A DNA stretch of 64,000 nucleotides from Mobula hypostoma (lineage: Eukaryota): positions 114,268,001 to 114,332,000 of the forward strand of contig NC_086097.1 of assembly GCF_963921235.1 (NCBI RefSeq), read 5' to 3'. How positions within the stretch are numbered: the stretch's first letter is position 1; each line of letters begins with the position of its first letter. The position numbers and the translations under genes are program-made. Below are positions 1 to 11,844 of this stretch, in pieces. The notes beneath the pieces were generated by a model that saw only the letters and a program-made list of their open reading frames with translations, made no database searches and had not been told where the DNA came from.

Positions 1-1500
1 TATTGCCGTGTATGGGGTGTCCAGGGAGGGGTCACACCTCTGGTGAAGGAACTTGTGTCCATTCTGGGGGAGCTCACACACCTTTGGTCCCCGCTGGACA
101 CTCATCTCTCACCTGTGGCTCCAAGTAGCTGTTTGCTTGCGACAGCAGCCACACACCAGTACACCACTTTGCAGGCAGTCTAAACCACAGGAGGATAGCC
201 AGAAATCCTCATACCCTGGTGAAATAGGGAAATTCATATGAGGTCAGCTTCAGCTGACTGGGCGGATAAGATCACCAATAATGCATTGATGAGATCGGTG
301 GCCAAGAAGGTGGTTCTGCATCACTTTGTGATAAAGCACAGAAGAAGTCATGATTATCCACTGTAACCAAGGAAGACCCCAGTTTGTGACAACAACTGGT
401 ACAACTGCACCAGGCTTCTGAGGTCGAGAGTGTGGAACTGTCCCAGTGCAATGGCTTTTCCATTTTCAAAACTTTGCTGCACAGGTTTTGCATTCACTGC
501 CATATACGACGGACAACCAACACTTTTGATTGACTGTAAATGAACAAAATTAACACAGATACCCAGTGCGGATAATGGACTGTCTTCATACAATGCTTTT
601 GACGATTGCATCCTTATCTTCATTTTCCTTGTAACTTTCAAAATGTTTGTGATACCTCCAAATTCTTTGTAGTTCCTCACTTGTTGAAATAGTAAAGTTG
701 TTTCATTTTCTCTCCCAACTGTTTCTGGCATCTCAAAGCCTGTATGCTTGAAACCACAGTGAGCAAAGCAACTCTTAAATTGTTTTCCTATTTATTTCTC
801 GCCAACTATCACTGACAAAAATCACTGCTATTTGAAGGCACACAAATAAACCTGTTTAAAAACTGTTTAAGGATAGTGTAGTGTCTAACTATCCTCAAAT
901 GATGCTAGCTAGTTAGAAACTGTTTGGTAATAGTCTCCTGTCCCAATTAAGTGGCATAGTGTCCCAAATAAATGAAGGGAATCCTGGCTATTTTCTCGAT
1001 TAATTTTTCTTCTTTAAGAGTTGTCCCAAATAATCAGCTGCCCCGATTAAATGATGGACCAATTAACCAGAATTCAGTATACTCAGCACTATTCCCAGTA
1101 TATCTGACTGAATTACTTGTTATGTCATGATGTACCTTGTGGCATGATAGGTATTGGTACAGTGAAGGATGTGACAAAACAATGTGATAGATGGTGATGA
1201 AATATAATTGTCTGACACGGTAGCTAACTAGTAACCATGCACAATAGTCAGCTTTAAATGCTGTTTTATTGAGTCTGTCTCAATTTGCATAATATTTATT
1301 CCCCATAATGTGATAAAGGATTATCTCAGTATAAAATACTTAAATTAATGAGCTAAGGGCTGGTGGAAAAAATGTTTTTATTTTTCTGAGAGTCTTGAGG
1401 TTAACTCTCAAGTTCTGAAGATGTCCATGCATCAATACTGCTTGCAAGTGTCTATATAAATAAATACTCCTTTCTTTTGACCACAAATTGTTTAATGTTA
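1..1500. repeat. Segmental duplication copy 1 (matches 16361-17847)
   Basis: Colinear near-identity at offset 16360, about 25 differences by eye. It extends beyond the transposon into non-repeat sequence; the left edge lies outside the window. Confidence 0.95.
11..522 (+). mobile_element. Short non-autonomous RTE-like retroelement (second copy ~16371-16882)
   Basis: GC-richer ~510-bp insert splitting the Tigger-like element, with a self-complementary 5' region (gtgtccag...ctggacac) and a CAA-like tail. Family assignment is by resemblance only. Confidence 0.4.
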
Positions 1501-2367
1501 TAATAATCTTTGCTGCAAGGATAATGTGTACCCATAACCCTTTGCATAATTTCCTTCCAATATGTTTCAGTGTTTTAGGCATCTTGCTGATGTCTACCGA
1601 TGCTGGCCAGTTCTCTTCTTTCTCATGCAGGTGTTCATAGTTCATATGAGTTCTAAAAATAGGTGCTAATGGGCTGAACCATGGTAAAAAATATTCTTTT
1701 GTTTCCAAGAAACGCATTAATCTCTTTTCCTTTGTTCCAAAAATAATGTGTGATTGTCATAAAATTCTCTACTGGCCAAGCATGACTGTTATGGCTATGT
1801 TACAATTCTCCGGTCTAAAAGAATGTGTTTAACACTGCCATATTTGTCTACACTTTTTGCTCATGTCTAACAACTGCAGTAAGAGGGCCGACACTGGAGG
1901 TTTCCACACTGGAGCATAGGTTGATTTCTAATGCCAGATTCTGTTATGGATTGTTGCTAACTTTATGTGGACTCCTATCTGGCAAGGTTAGATTGGCTTC
2001 ATACAGTCAGATTCAATATCCTTTACATTAAACTTTCCTGTTAAACATTAACGCTCAGGATTGTGGAGCACATTATCTATCCATGTGCATCTTGTGTTTT
2101 GAAGTCAACCCTGCACAATCATATCAAATCAATGCCAAATTTACCTTAATACTAATGAAATGCGGAATTAAAGGCACGAAAACTGGTCAGCAATTTAAAC
2201 TGCTTTACTTAGCATTTCCTCGACAAGTGTAACAAAAATTATCTACCTGACATAAAAGAATTTGATAGAAATGCTATCAGTACCAAAATGAATATTGGAA
2301 TTAGCCATTTCAGACAATTAACTGTTCTAGACTTGAACCTCATATTCCCTATATTCATCTCTTTTAA

Positions 2368-3320
2368 CAAACGAGAAAATCTGCAGATGTTGGAAACACA
2401 CACACAAAATGCTGCAAGAACTCAGCAAACCAGACAGCATCGATGGAAAAGAGTACAGTCAGGATGGTGCTAAATGGTGATTCCTTTGCTTGCATCTTTG
2501 GAAACAGCTCTATTTCCATCTTTAATATCTTTATTTTTCCCTTTCAGCGTTCTTTTGAAGACCCTGACCTGAAATTACAGGCTGACTTCGGTTCTTTACA
2601 GGAATTGGACCCGTTTTTCGGGCGTGTCATTGTTCAGCACGCCAAGGGGTTGGCTTGAGAGGCAGCCTAGTGTTTGGAAGCCTAAGATCTTGAGGCTCTG
2701 GAGATGGGCGGATCGAGGGTCGGTGTCACGGCAGCAGACTCGTGTGTCGTCGGGGAGGAAGGAAAATCTTTTGCTGTGGGCCCAAAGACCCAAGATCTTT
2801 GCGATCTTTGGGCACAGACCTCGTAAAAAGCAACAAAACGGACTTTTTAACATTGTAAAACAGTGGGTTGTTGTTATGTCTCCAGCTTGCTGTGAAAATG
2901 GAGGACACCTGCCTCTCCCTTATTAGGGAGAGAGAGAACCTGTGGGTTGCGGAATGCCGGATGAATTGCAATAGTCTTTGGGGTATCTGCAAGGTCTGTG
3001 TCTTGCTATCGCTTAGCTCACGCTTGTGCTCGGTAGCAGGTGCACTTTTTGTTTTGTTGGTGGGGGGAGGGGGGATTGTTGCTCGCCACTGCGTATGCCC
3101 GGTGGGGAGGTACTTTGGGGCTCTCACGTTTAACTGTTGTTCATTCTTTAGGGCACTTCTGTTTTCATGGATGTTTTGTGAAGAAAAAGCATTTCGGGAT
3201 GTATATTGTATACATTTTTTGACATTAAATTGAACCTTTGAGTTGACATTTTGGGTTGCGGCCCATCAGCAGGACTGGAGATAAAAAGATGAGGAGTAGA
3301 ATTAAAAGGTGGGGGGGGGC
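2368..3320 (-). mobile_element. Penelope terminal-repeat fragment (2368-2460 and 3241-3320) split by an unclassified ~780-bp repeat (2461-3240, +)
   Basis: Flanks match the Penelope terminus at 31990-32100. The insert begins aggatggtgctaaatgg and ends attaaattgaacctttg. Confidence 0.6.
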
Positions 3321-3499
3321 TTGTTTTTTCTTTTTCCCCTTTATCCCTCTCAGGTAATTTCTGATGAATCTGCCCTCCTATTCAAATTTACCAAATGCCA
3401 TTCTTACTCATTAGCAAACAACCACTTTCAGCAAGTGCATTGTAAAATGTATAGCAATCTCTCCTAGCCTCCACTGTTATATATCATATGTTGTGTTCT

Positions 3500-5305
3500 T
3501 TCTTTCCCTTTTTATTTCTAACCATTCTCAGTTATGATGAAAGGTCATTGACCTGAAGCCTTAACTCTGTTTCTTTCTCCATAAGTCCTTCTTGACTTGC
3601 TGAGTAATATTGTAATATTAGTTATTATCTAACTATTCATCTTTACCAGATGCAACAAGATTTAACCATCAGCCACATCTTCTCCTCTCCATGCCTTTTA
3701 GACTTCCAGAGGGACCACTCCCTCCATGCCTCCCTGGTGCGCTCATCCCTCCGCACTCACTGTTTCCTCACCCCTGGCACTACCCCAGCAACAGCAAAAG
3801 ATACAACACTTGTCTCTACATTTTTACTTCTCCACCATTTTAGGGACTAATCAAGCCTTACAAATACGGCAAAGATTCACTTATGTTTCCTCCAAGTGCA
3901 AACTGGGCAACAGTTTGGCAGAGGACTTGTGCTGTCTGCAATAGCCAATCAAAGCTCCCTTTTGCATGCTATTTCAATTCCCCTTCCAATTCCCACACTG
4001 CCTCGCCGCTGCCAGGGTGAGCCCAATTCCAATTCCCACTCTGCCTCACCGCTGCCAGGGTGATCCCAATTCCAATTCCCACTCTGCCTCACCGCTGCCA
4101 GGGTGATCCCAATTCCAATTCCCACTCTGCCTCACCGCTGCCAGGATGAGCCCAATGCAGACTTCCCACTCTGCCTCACCGCTGCCAGGGTGAGCCCAAT
4201 TCCAATTCCCACTCTGCCTCACTGCTGCCAGGGTGAGCTCAATTCCAATTCCCACTCTGCCTCACCGCTGCCAGGGTGATCCCAATTCCAATTCCCACTC
4301 TGCCTCACCGCTGCCAGGATGAGCCCAATGCAGACTTCCCACTCTGCCTCACCGCTGCCAGGGTGAGCCCAATTCCAATTCCCACTCTGCCTCACCGCTG
4401 CCAGGGTGAGCCCAATTCCAATTCCCACTCTGCTTCACCGCTGCCAGGGTGAGCTCAATTCCAATTCCCACTCTGCCTCACTGCTGCCAGGGTGAGCTCA
4501 ATTCCAATTCCCACTCTGCCTCACCGCTGCCAGGGTGAGCCCAATTCCAATTCCCACTCTTCCTCACTGCTGCCAGGGTGAGCCCAATTCCAATTCCCAC
4601 TCTGCCTCACCGCTGCCAGGGTGAGCCCAATTCCAATTCCCACTCTGCCTCACCGCTGCCAGGGTGAGCTCAATGCAAACTATTGGAACAACACCTCATG
4701 TCATTGGGTTGCAAACTGTCCAAGGGGAATATGAACACTGAGTTTCCATATTAGATAACCCTCCTCTGCTATGTGTTTTCCTCCTTTTACCTCCTTCTCT
4801 TTCTGATCTTTCTCTGCTCCTCCCATTTTTGTCCCCAACACCCATTTTTGTCTCTGCCTCCTTATTTCATCCACCTGCCTTTCCATATTTCACCCACAGT
4901 CTTCAGCCACATCCCCTTTTCCTACCTCATTCTGGATCCACCTGCTCACTTCTTCTCTAGTGGTTCCCATTATGATCTCGGTTACTTATCAAATCCCAAG
5001 ACCGGGGCCTTTGTGTTCCTGTTTATAACCTTCCAGTATCCATCTCAAACTTCACAGTCTCCCGACTCCCCCAGTACTACATCTGCCCTTCCTTCAAACA
5101 TGCATGTGCCCCTGTCTCCAACTCCACTATCTCCCGCCTCAAGTAGACCCCAGTTCATTATTCACCTCAGGCCCCTGTTTCATCATTCTCCTGGCTATCT
5201 CCCATTTACAGTTGATTATAATGAAGGGTTTTGACCTGAAATGTTAATAATTCTCCCACTGCTGCAGTTTGACCAACTAAGTCCCTCAGCAGATTGTTTG
5301 TTGAT
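3500..5305 (+). mobile_element. Degenerate Penelope-like element 3' part with terminal repeats at both ends
   Basis: Homology to the 32378-33739 ORF region (accagccacatcttc, ttcagagggaccactccctc, ggaacaacacctcat). Degenerate hammerhead-bearing terminal repeats at ~3530 and ~5215. Confidence 0.7.
3985..4680. repeat. Minisatellite, 43-bp unit (cccaattccaattcccactctgcctcaccgctgccagggtgag), about 16 copies, with a 173-bp higher-order repeat
   Basis: Direct inspection. A 44-bp variant unit (aatgcagacttccc) recurs 173 bp apart. There are no spacers. Confidence 0.95.
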
Positions 5306-6139
5306 CTAATCTTCACTGGTGTCCCTTTTTATGATTTTCAAACAGGTTTGATGTCCCTACCAATACAATGCAATGGTGTCCTTTTGGCAGGCATCTGACT
5401 GTAGGAAGGAAGGGAGAATCAGATGGCAGCAGCACAGAATTCCTATGCTGAGCTGCTAACCTTTGATCGACTCTCATTTGAGTCCAAATGGCATAACTGC
5501 ATCTAAGGAAAGAGTCCTGGGGGAGAACCTTGAGAGCTTGATCACAGGAGAGATTCTGTCATAGGACCTTCAATCTATAGTCTGCCAATTGGACTTGTAA
5601 GAGATCAGTCAGAGAATGTCAACTATCTGCAAATGTTTAAGTTGAGCTATAATTACCATAGCCTTCAGTCCAATTCCAAGCCTGGTAAGTCAAGTTTTGA
5701 GATATGACAAAATACTCCGTACTCCCTGCGCTGATGTCTAATGACGCATCTTCATTTTCTTAAAGAATAGCAATCTGTTTTTGCTGGATATTATTTTGCT
5801 GTGTGATCATGATCAGCAGAATTCTGCTGCACCCAACTAAGGCAGAAACTTGCTCCATCCAGTATTATGTTTCTTGAACATCTGGGCCAGCAACCCTGAC
5901 TGAACCAAATCACTGTCTAACCAAGATAATAGCTGTCCTTTCTGATAAACATTAACTCTATTCCAGTTTGTTTCTCCATATGTGGTGCTTGACCTGCTGA
6001 ATATCCCAACATTTTAATTTCTATTTTGGCTTTCTTTCCAGCCTTTCTAGTGGCACCCGTCTCTCTATATGAATTGTGCTCCTAATTTGAGCTTCTTCAC
6101 AGAGCTTATATAGTATAACTGCCCAAAGCATTATCATAA

Positions 6140-6887
6140 ACACAGGAGATTCTATAGATGCTGGAAACCCAGAGTGATACTCATGAATTAGTGGAGGAAC
6201 TCAGCAGGTCAGATAGCACATTTGGAAATAAATAAGGAATCAACATTTTGGGCCAAGACCCTTCATCAGGACTGGAAAGTAAGGGGGAAGATGCCAGATA
6301 GGAAGTTGGAGGAAGGGGAAAGAGGACAAGCTAGAACATGATAGGTGAAGCCATGTGGGTGGAGGAGGATGGTGAAGTAAGAAGCTGGGAGGAGATAGAT
6401 GGAAAAGGTAAAGGGCTGGAGAAGGAGGAATCGGATAGGAGAGGAGAGTGGACCATGGGGAAAAAGGAAGGAGGAGGGTCACCAGGACAAGGAGATTGGT
6501 AGTTGAAGATAAGAGGTAAGAGGCCAGGTGGGCCAGAATTCGGAGAAATCAATGTTCATGCCACCAGTTTGGAGGCTGCCTAGACAGAATATGAGCTGTT
6601 GCTCCAGCTCTTTAAAGTGGTCTCGTGGCAGAATAGGAGGCCATGGACTAACATGTCAGAACAGAAATGGGGATGGGAGTTAAAATGGCCACTGAGAAAT
6701 CCCGGTGGATGGAGTGGAGGCACTCAACACAGCAGTTCCCCAATCTACATCGCATCTCACCAATGTGGAGGAGGCTGTTTCGGGAGCACCAGATACTCTT
6801 AACAACCCCAGCAGATTCACAGATAAAGTATTACCTCATGTGGAAGGAGTGTTTGGAGCCCTGAATGGAGGTGAGGGAGGAGGTGAA
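6140..6887 (-). mobile_element. Penelope-like element, 3' part (GIY-YIG region to terminal repeat)
   Basis: Reverse complement aligns to the TSSLTTIQG...LGSLQP region and terminal repeat of the 32-kb element. Confidence 0.8.
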
Positions 6888-7656
6888 CTCAAGGTGTAGC
6901 CATGGGCACCCACATAGGCCCCATCTATGCCATCCTTTTTGGTGGTTACGTGAAGCAATCCATGCTCACAACTCTCTGTGCTACGTTAATGACTGCATTG
7001 GTGCTGCTTTAATGCGCCCATGAAGAGTTCATCAATTTTATCAACTTTGCCTCCAACTTCCACTCTTCCCTTAAGTTCATCTGGTCCATTTCCGACACCA
7101 CTCTGGAGACAAACTGTCTACCAATATCTTTTATAAACCTACTGATTCCCACAGCTATCTTGACTATAGCTACTCCCACTCTGTCTCTTGTAAAAATGAC
7201 ATAAAATGATATTTTCTTTCCTTCTTCCCTGCTGCATCCATTCCCAGCATAAGGCTTTCCTTTCCAGGAGATGTCCTCCTTCAAAGAGTTGGGTTTCCCT
7301 TCTTCCACCATTGATGCTACTCTTACCCACATCTCCTCTATTTCCTGGACATCTGCACTCGCCCCATTTTCCTGCTGCCTTAACAGGGATAGTATTCCTC
7401 TTGTCCTCACCTACCATCTCATGAGACTCTGGATCCAACAGAACATTCTCCGCAATTTCCACCATCTTCAACAAGCCCCTACCACCAAACACGTCTTTAC
7501 TTCCCACCACACACCTCTCTCCCCCGCCCCACTACCACTTTCCACTAGGAACACTCCATCCATGATTCCCCTATTCATCAGTCTGTCCTCACTAATCTCC
7601 CTGCTGGTGCTTATCCATGTAAGAGGTAGAAGTGCTACGGCTGCCTATTGACTTCC
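6888..7656 (+). mobile_element. Penelope-like element, RT part in opposite orientation (inverted segment)
   Basis: Degenerate GVAMGT...DCIGAAL...FKELGFPSSTIDA...PLVLTYH...KCY.CL sequence. Confidence 0.8.
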
Positions 7657-7660
7657 TTTT

Positions 7661-7953
7661 GGTAGTGTAGCAGTTAGCATGACACTATTACAGCTTGGGG
7701 TGTTCCATAGTTCAGAGCTTAATTCTGGTGCCGCTCTGCAAGGACACTCTGTACATTCTCCCCGTGGGATTTGTGGGCTTGCTTCAGGTGCTCCGGTTTC
7801 CTCCCACAGTCTCAAGACATACCGGGTGGGGTCATTGGTCATTGTAAATTATCCCGTGATTATGTTAGGGTTAACTGGGGTTGTGGGGTGGATGGGGTGG
7901 CATGACTGAAAGGCCGGAAGGATTACTCCGCACTGTATCACTAAGTAAATAAA
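7661..7953 (+). mobile_element. tRNA-derived V-SINE (HE1-like)
   Basis: A-box-like head (ggtagtgtagcagttagc), conserved V-domain core ggtgctccggtttcctcccacagtc, A-rich tail. Confidence 0.75.
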
Positions 7954-9189
7954 CTTTAAAAGTGAATTTTGTTGCCTCATGGCTTGTTGTGGAGTGAAAC
8001 ACCATGGTAATGTGTAAAGTCTGCCGGTGAGGGTTTGTGTTGAAGTGGCTGGGGCAAGCAGTGTAGCTGTTTGTTGCTGAGATTTAGAAGTCAGTTCTGC
8101 ACCCTGGCAGCCAGAACTATTTTGAGGGGAGGCAGGTTTTCTTCAGGGACTGGTGGCAGATGTCCAGATGTTTTCAAATGGACAGGACTAGCATCTCTCT
8201 CATCACCTCCTGTTGAATGTGATGGAAGCTGTTGACTTTCCCTCTCTTGTTGTAGTTATCCTTGAAGCCATGTATAGAAAGGAGGTGGTGGAATCTGAGC
8301 AAATTGTCAAAGTTACTTGGCAGAATGGCTCATAACTAGACATTTCAAAGCAGCATCAAGACTCTGCTTGGATAAAGTTGAGAAGAACCTTTCCTATTGA
8401 ACTCTTAATGCTCTGCTTGAATCTGATCAACAATGCATCCTGCTCTTGAGGTGACTGCATTGAGTAAAAACCCATTATTTATCGCCTAACAAATAAGATT
8501 AGAAAGCAAAGCAATGATTTTTTTTAAGGTTCATCCTGAATAATTGTACAACATTGGACCCTGTGCTCACCAGGTTGTCTCGGGAACTCATATTAATACA
8601 AACATTAACTAGTGCTGGGAAATAATCAACTCAGGGGAAGATGACCTCTGATCTACCTGAAAGTTACTGGTCTTTCAGTTCAAGTAGCTTTTCCTGAACA
8701 AATGGTGTAGACTGTCATGTTTCATGGTCAGACAATGCAGACAGATACAGAGGGTAGGTGTTTGATGAGGGTAATTCAAGCCAAGAGCTATAGTAACTGG
8801 GCTAAAGGAATACCAGTAGATTATGGTGGTGTATGGAGAGGCAAAGAGCCAAGGAGGGAAAAGAGAAAGTTAGTTTGATTCGCTGATAGGAAACAGAAAA
8901 ACCTGTGAGGGACAAATGAGCAGGATTAGGAAATACAAAGAAAAAAAAATGGCAATTGGCTTGAGATCAGAGCACAAGCCAATATGTACACATCGATAAT
9001 ACTTCTATTTATTTAAAAAATTTGAGTGCCAATGGCAAGACCCAAGATTTCTGTCCTTCTTTAAATGTCCTGTAGAATAGTGGATGGGGTTAACTATAGG
9101 GAAGCACTAGCTGTAAATGACTGATTCAAGAACTAAAATTTAAAGGTAATGATCTAAGATTAAAGGCAAAGTGATCTCCTTAGTAACTT

Positions 9190-10790
9190 TGAGAAGGATT
9201 CAAAGCTCTCTGCTTCTTTCTTAACAAAAGAACTAGCTAATTCCCCGCCACCATCTGGCAAGAACTGGTCTTCACCCTCAACAAATTTCCTTTGGCTCCT
9301 CCCACATCCTGCAGACTCAAGGGATAGCCATGGGCACCTCCACAGGCTCCAGCTATGCAAGTCTCTTTGTTGGTTATGTAGAGCAGTCCATACCTCAAGT
9401 CTTCCACATTAATACTCCACAACTCTTCCTCTGCTACATCGATGACTGCATTGGTGCTGCTTCATGCACACATGTTGAACACATCAATTTCATCAATTTT
9501 GCCTTTAACTTCCACGCTGCCCTTCAATTCATTAGGTCCATTTTTTGGCATCTCCCTTCTCTTTCACAATCTTTCTGTCTCCATCTATAGAGGCAAACTT
9601 GACTGACATCTTTTATAAACCTACCGGTGCACATTATTATCTTGACTATACCTCTTCCCAACCTATCTTCTGTAAAAATGCTATTCTTTTTTCTCAGTTC
9701 TTTTGCCTCTGTTCCCAGGATGTGGCTTTCCTTTTCAGGACATCAGAGATATCCTCCTTCTTCAAAGAACAGGGTTTCCTTTCCTCCACTATTGATGCTG
9801 CCTCACCCGCATCTCCTCCATTTCCCAAACATCCATGCTCACCCCAGGTTCTCACTTAACAGTGATAGAGTTCCTCTTGTACTTACCTATGAGCCTTCAC
9901 ATTTAACACATCAACCACCACCTCCAAAGGGATCGGACCATTAGTCATATCTTTACTTCCACCCTTTCTGCTTTCCACAGGGATCACTTCCTCCACAATT
10001 CCCTTGTGCATTCATCTGTCCTCATTAATTTCCCTTCCAGCATTTGTCCCTGCAAGTGGCATAAGTTCTACACCTGCCCATTCACCTCCTTCCAATTCCA
10101 TTCAGGGCCCTAAACAGTCCTTCCAGATGAGGCAATGCTTCACCAGTGAATCTGCTGGGGTTGTCTATTGTGTCTGGTGCTCCCAATGCAGCCTCCTCAA
10201 CATAGGTAGAGGAATAAAAAGGGGGACCACTTCGTCAAGCACCTCCGCTCCATCTGCCAAAATTGGAACTTCGTGGTGGTCAAACATTTAAATAACAATT
10301 CTCATTTCCGTTCCAACACGCCAGTCCATTGCCTTCTCTTAATTCAAGATGAAGCCACTCTGTGTAGAGGAGCAACACATTAAATTCTTTCTGAGTAGTA
10401 AATTTTTTCTGACCCTCCCCACCCCTCTTCTTCCATTCCCCACTCTGGCCTTTTACCCCTACTCACCTGCCTATCATTTCCCCTGGGTTCTTTCCTCCTT
10501 CCCTTTCCCCTATGGTCCACTCTACTCTCCCATCAGACTCCTTCTTCTATAGCCCTTTATCTTTCCCACCCACCTGGCTTCATCTGTCATCCTCTAGCTA
10601 TCCTCCTTCCCCTCCCTCCACCTTTTTATTCTGGCATCTTCCCTCTCAACCTTGAAGAAGGGACTCAGCCTGAAATGTTAACTGTTTAATCATTTCCATT
10701 GATGCTGCCTGACCTGCTGAGTTCTTTCAGCATTTTGTGTGTGTTGCTTTGGATTTCCAGCATCTGAAGCTTTTCTCTTGTTGAGGAAAA
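9190..10790 (+). mobile_element. Degenerate Penelope-like element (RT, GIY-YIG, terminal repeat)
   Basis: ORFs 9330..9590 (YIDDCIGAASC), 9545..9859 and 10004..10291 (VVYCVWCSQCSLL) align to the Penelope ORF. Terminal repeat at ~10640-10780. Confidence 0.85.
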
Positions 10791-11844
10791 GCTGTTACAA
10801 AACAAAATGATATGCAACTCACTACTTAGAGGAAGGTGCCCAGGGTTATGGGGAAAGAGTAGGAAAACGGGGCTGATTGGATTGTCCCACAATGCTCTGG
10901 CAGTTACTTAATGGGCTGAATGTCATCCTGCAGTACTATAATAATTCTTATTCTATATCCCCTTCTGGCTTTTTGGTGAAGATTATTGCAGTAACTGAAG
11001 ATAATGGGTTCTAAAGCATTGCCCTGACAACCTCCTACAGCAATGTCCTTGTGCTAAGATAGCTGACCTTCAATGACCACAACTGTCTTTCTTTGAACAG
11101 TGGATAATTTTTGACCTTGGTGCTCACTGCCCAGTTTTATCAGAGATCCTTGATGCTTCACTTTCTCAAAACCAATGATATCCAGGGCCGTTGCTCATTC
11201 ATCTCTAGAATTTTGGCTATTGTCCACATTTGTGATCTGCAGCTGAGTCCTGTAAGCTCTAAGCTAAACTTTGGTGCGCAGGCTATATTGATCAGTAGGG
11301 CAATTATGGAATTATTGATCTCCAGGGAAATTAGGGAAGGGATCTGTCTGCAAGCCCACATCCCATGAATGAATAAAAGTGTTGTTAAATAGCACTGGCA
11401 ATGATACTCCATTATTGTATTGAAGGTTGAGAATAGATTGAAGTGATAGTAATTCACAAGATTGGATTTCTCATGCTTCCTTTGGGTGGGATGTACAGTG
11501 CCATGTTAGGGAAATTAATTTGCGAAGGAAATTCAATTGAAGTTAATCACAAGTAAATTAGATACGGACTTTGATGTAAAGAGAGCTTTATTCATGATGT
11601 CATGGGGAGTGGAACCTCTAACAGTGGGTTTCAAACAACAGATAATACAGAGGTCACAGCTGCTTTTATGCATGTAGAAATCGATTGCAAAAGCAAAGGC
11701 TGTTCGATTAACCCTGTGAATTAGAAAAGATAAGTTAGGTTCACATGCAAGCAACACACACAAAGTACTGGAGGAACTCAGCAGGCCAGGCAGGCAGCAT
11801 CTATGGAAAAGAGTACAGTTGACGTTTTGGGCTGAGATGGGTCA

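Noticed and set aside
1340..1717. 125-aa minus-strand ORF as a host gene exon
   Set aside because: No recognisable homology or consistent splice frame; the duplicated copy of its 3' part has indels.
3985..4680. CRISPR-like array or repeat-encoded protein (ORFs 4046..4255, 4219..4428)
   Set aside because: Head-to-tail units without unique spacers, no cas genes, eukaryotic context; the ORFs are by-products of the repeat.
4773..5234. 153-aa hydrophobic ORF
   Set aside because: Pyrimidine-rich Penelope 3' region that lacks stops for compositional reasons.
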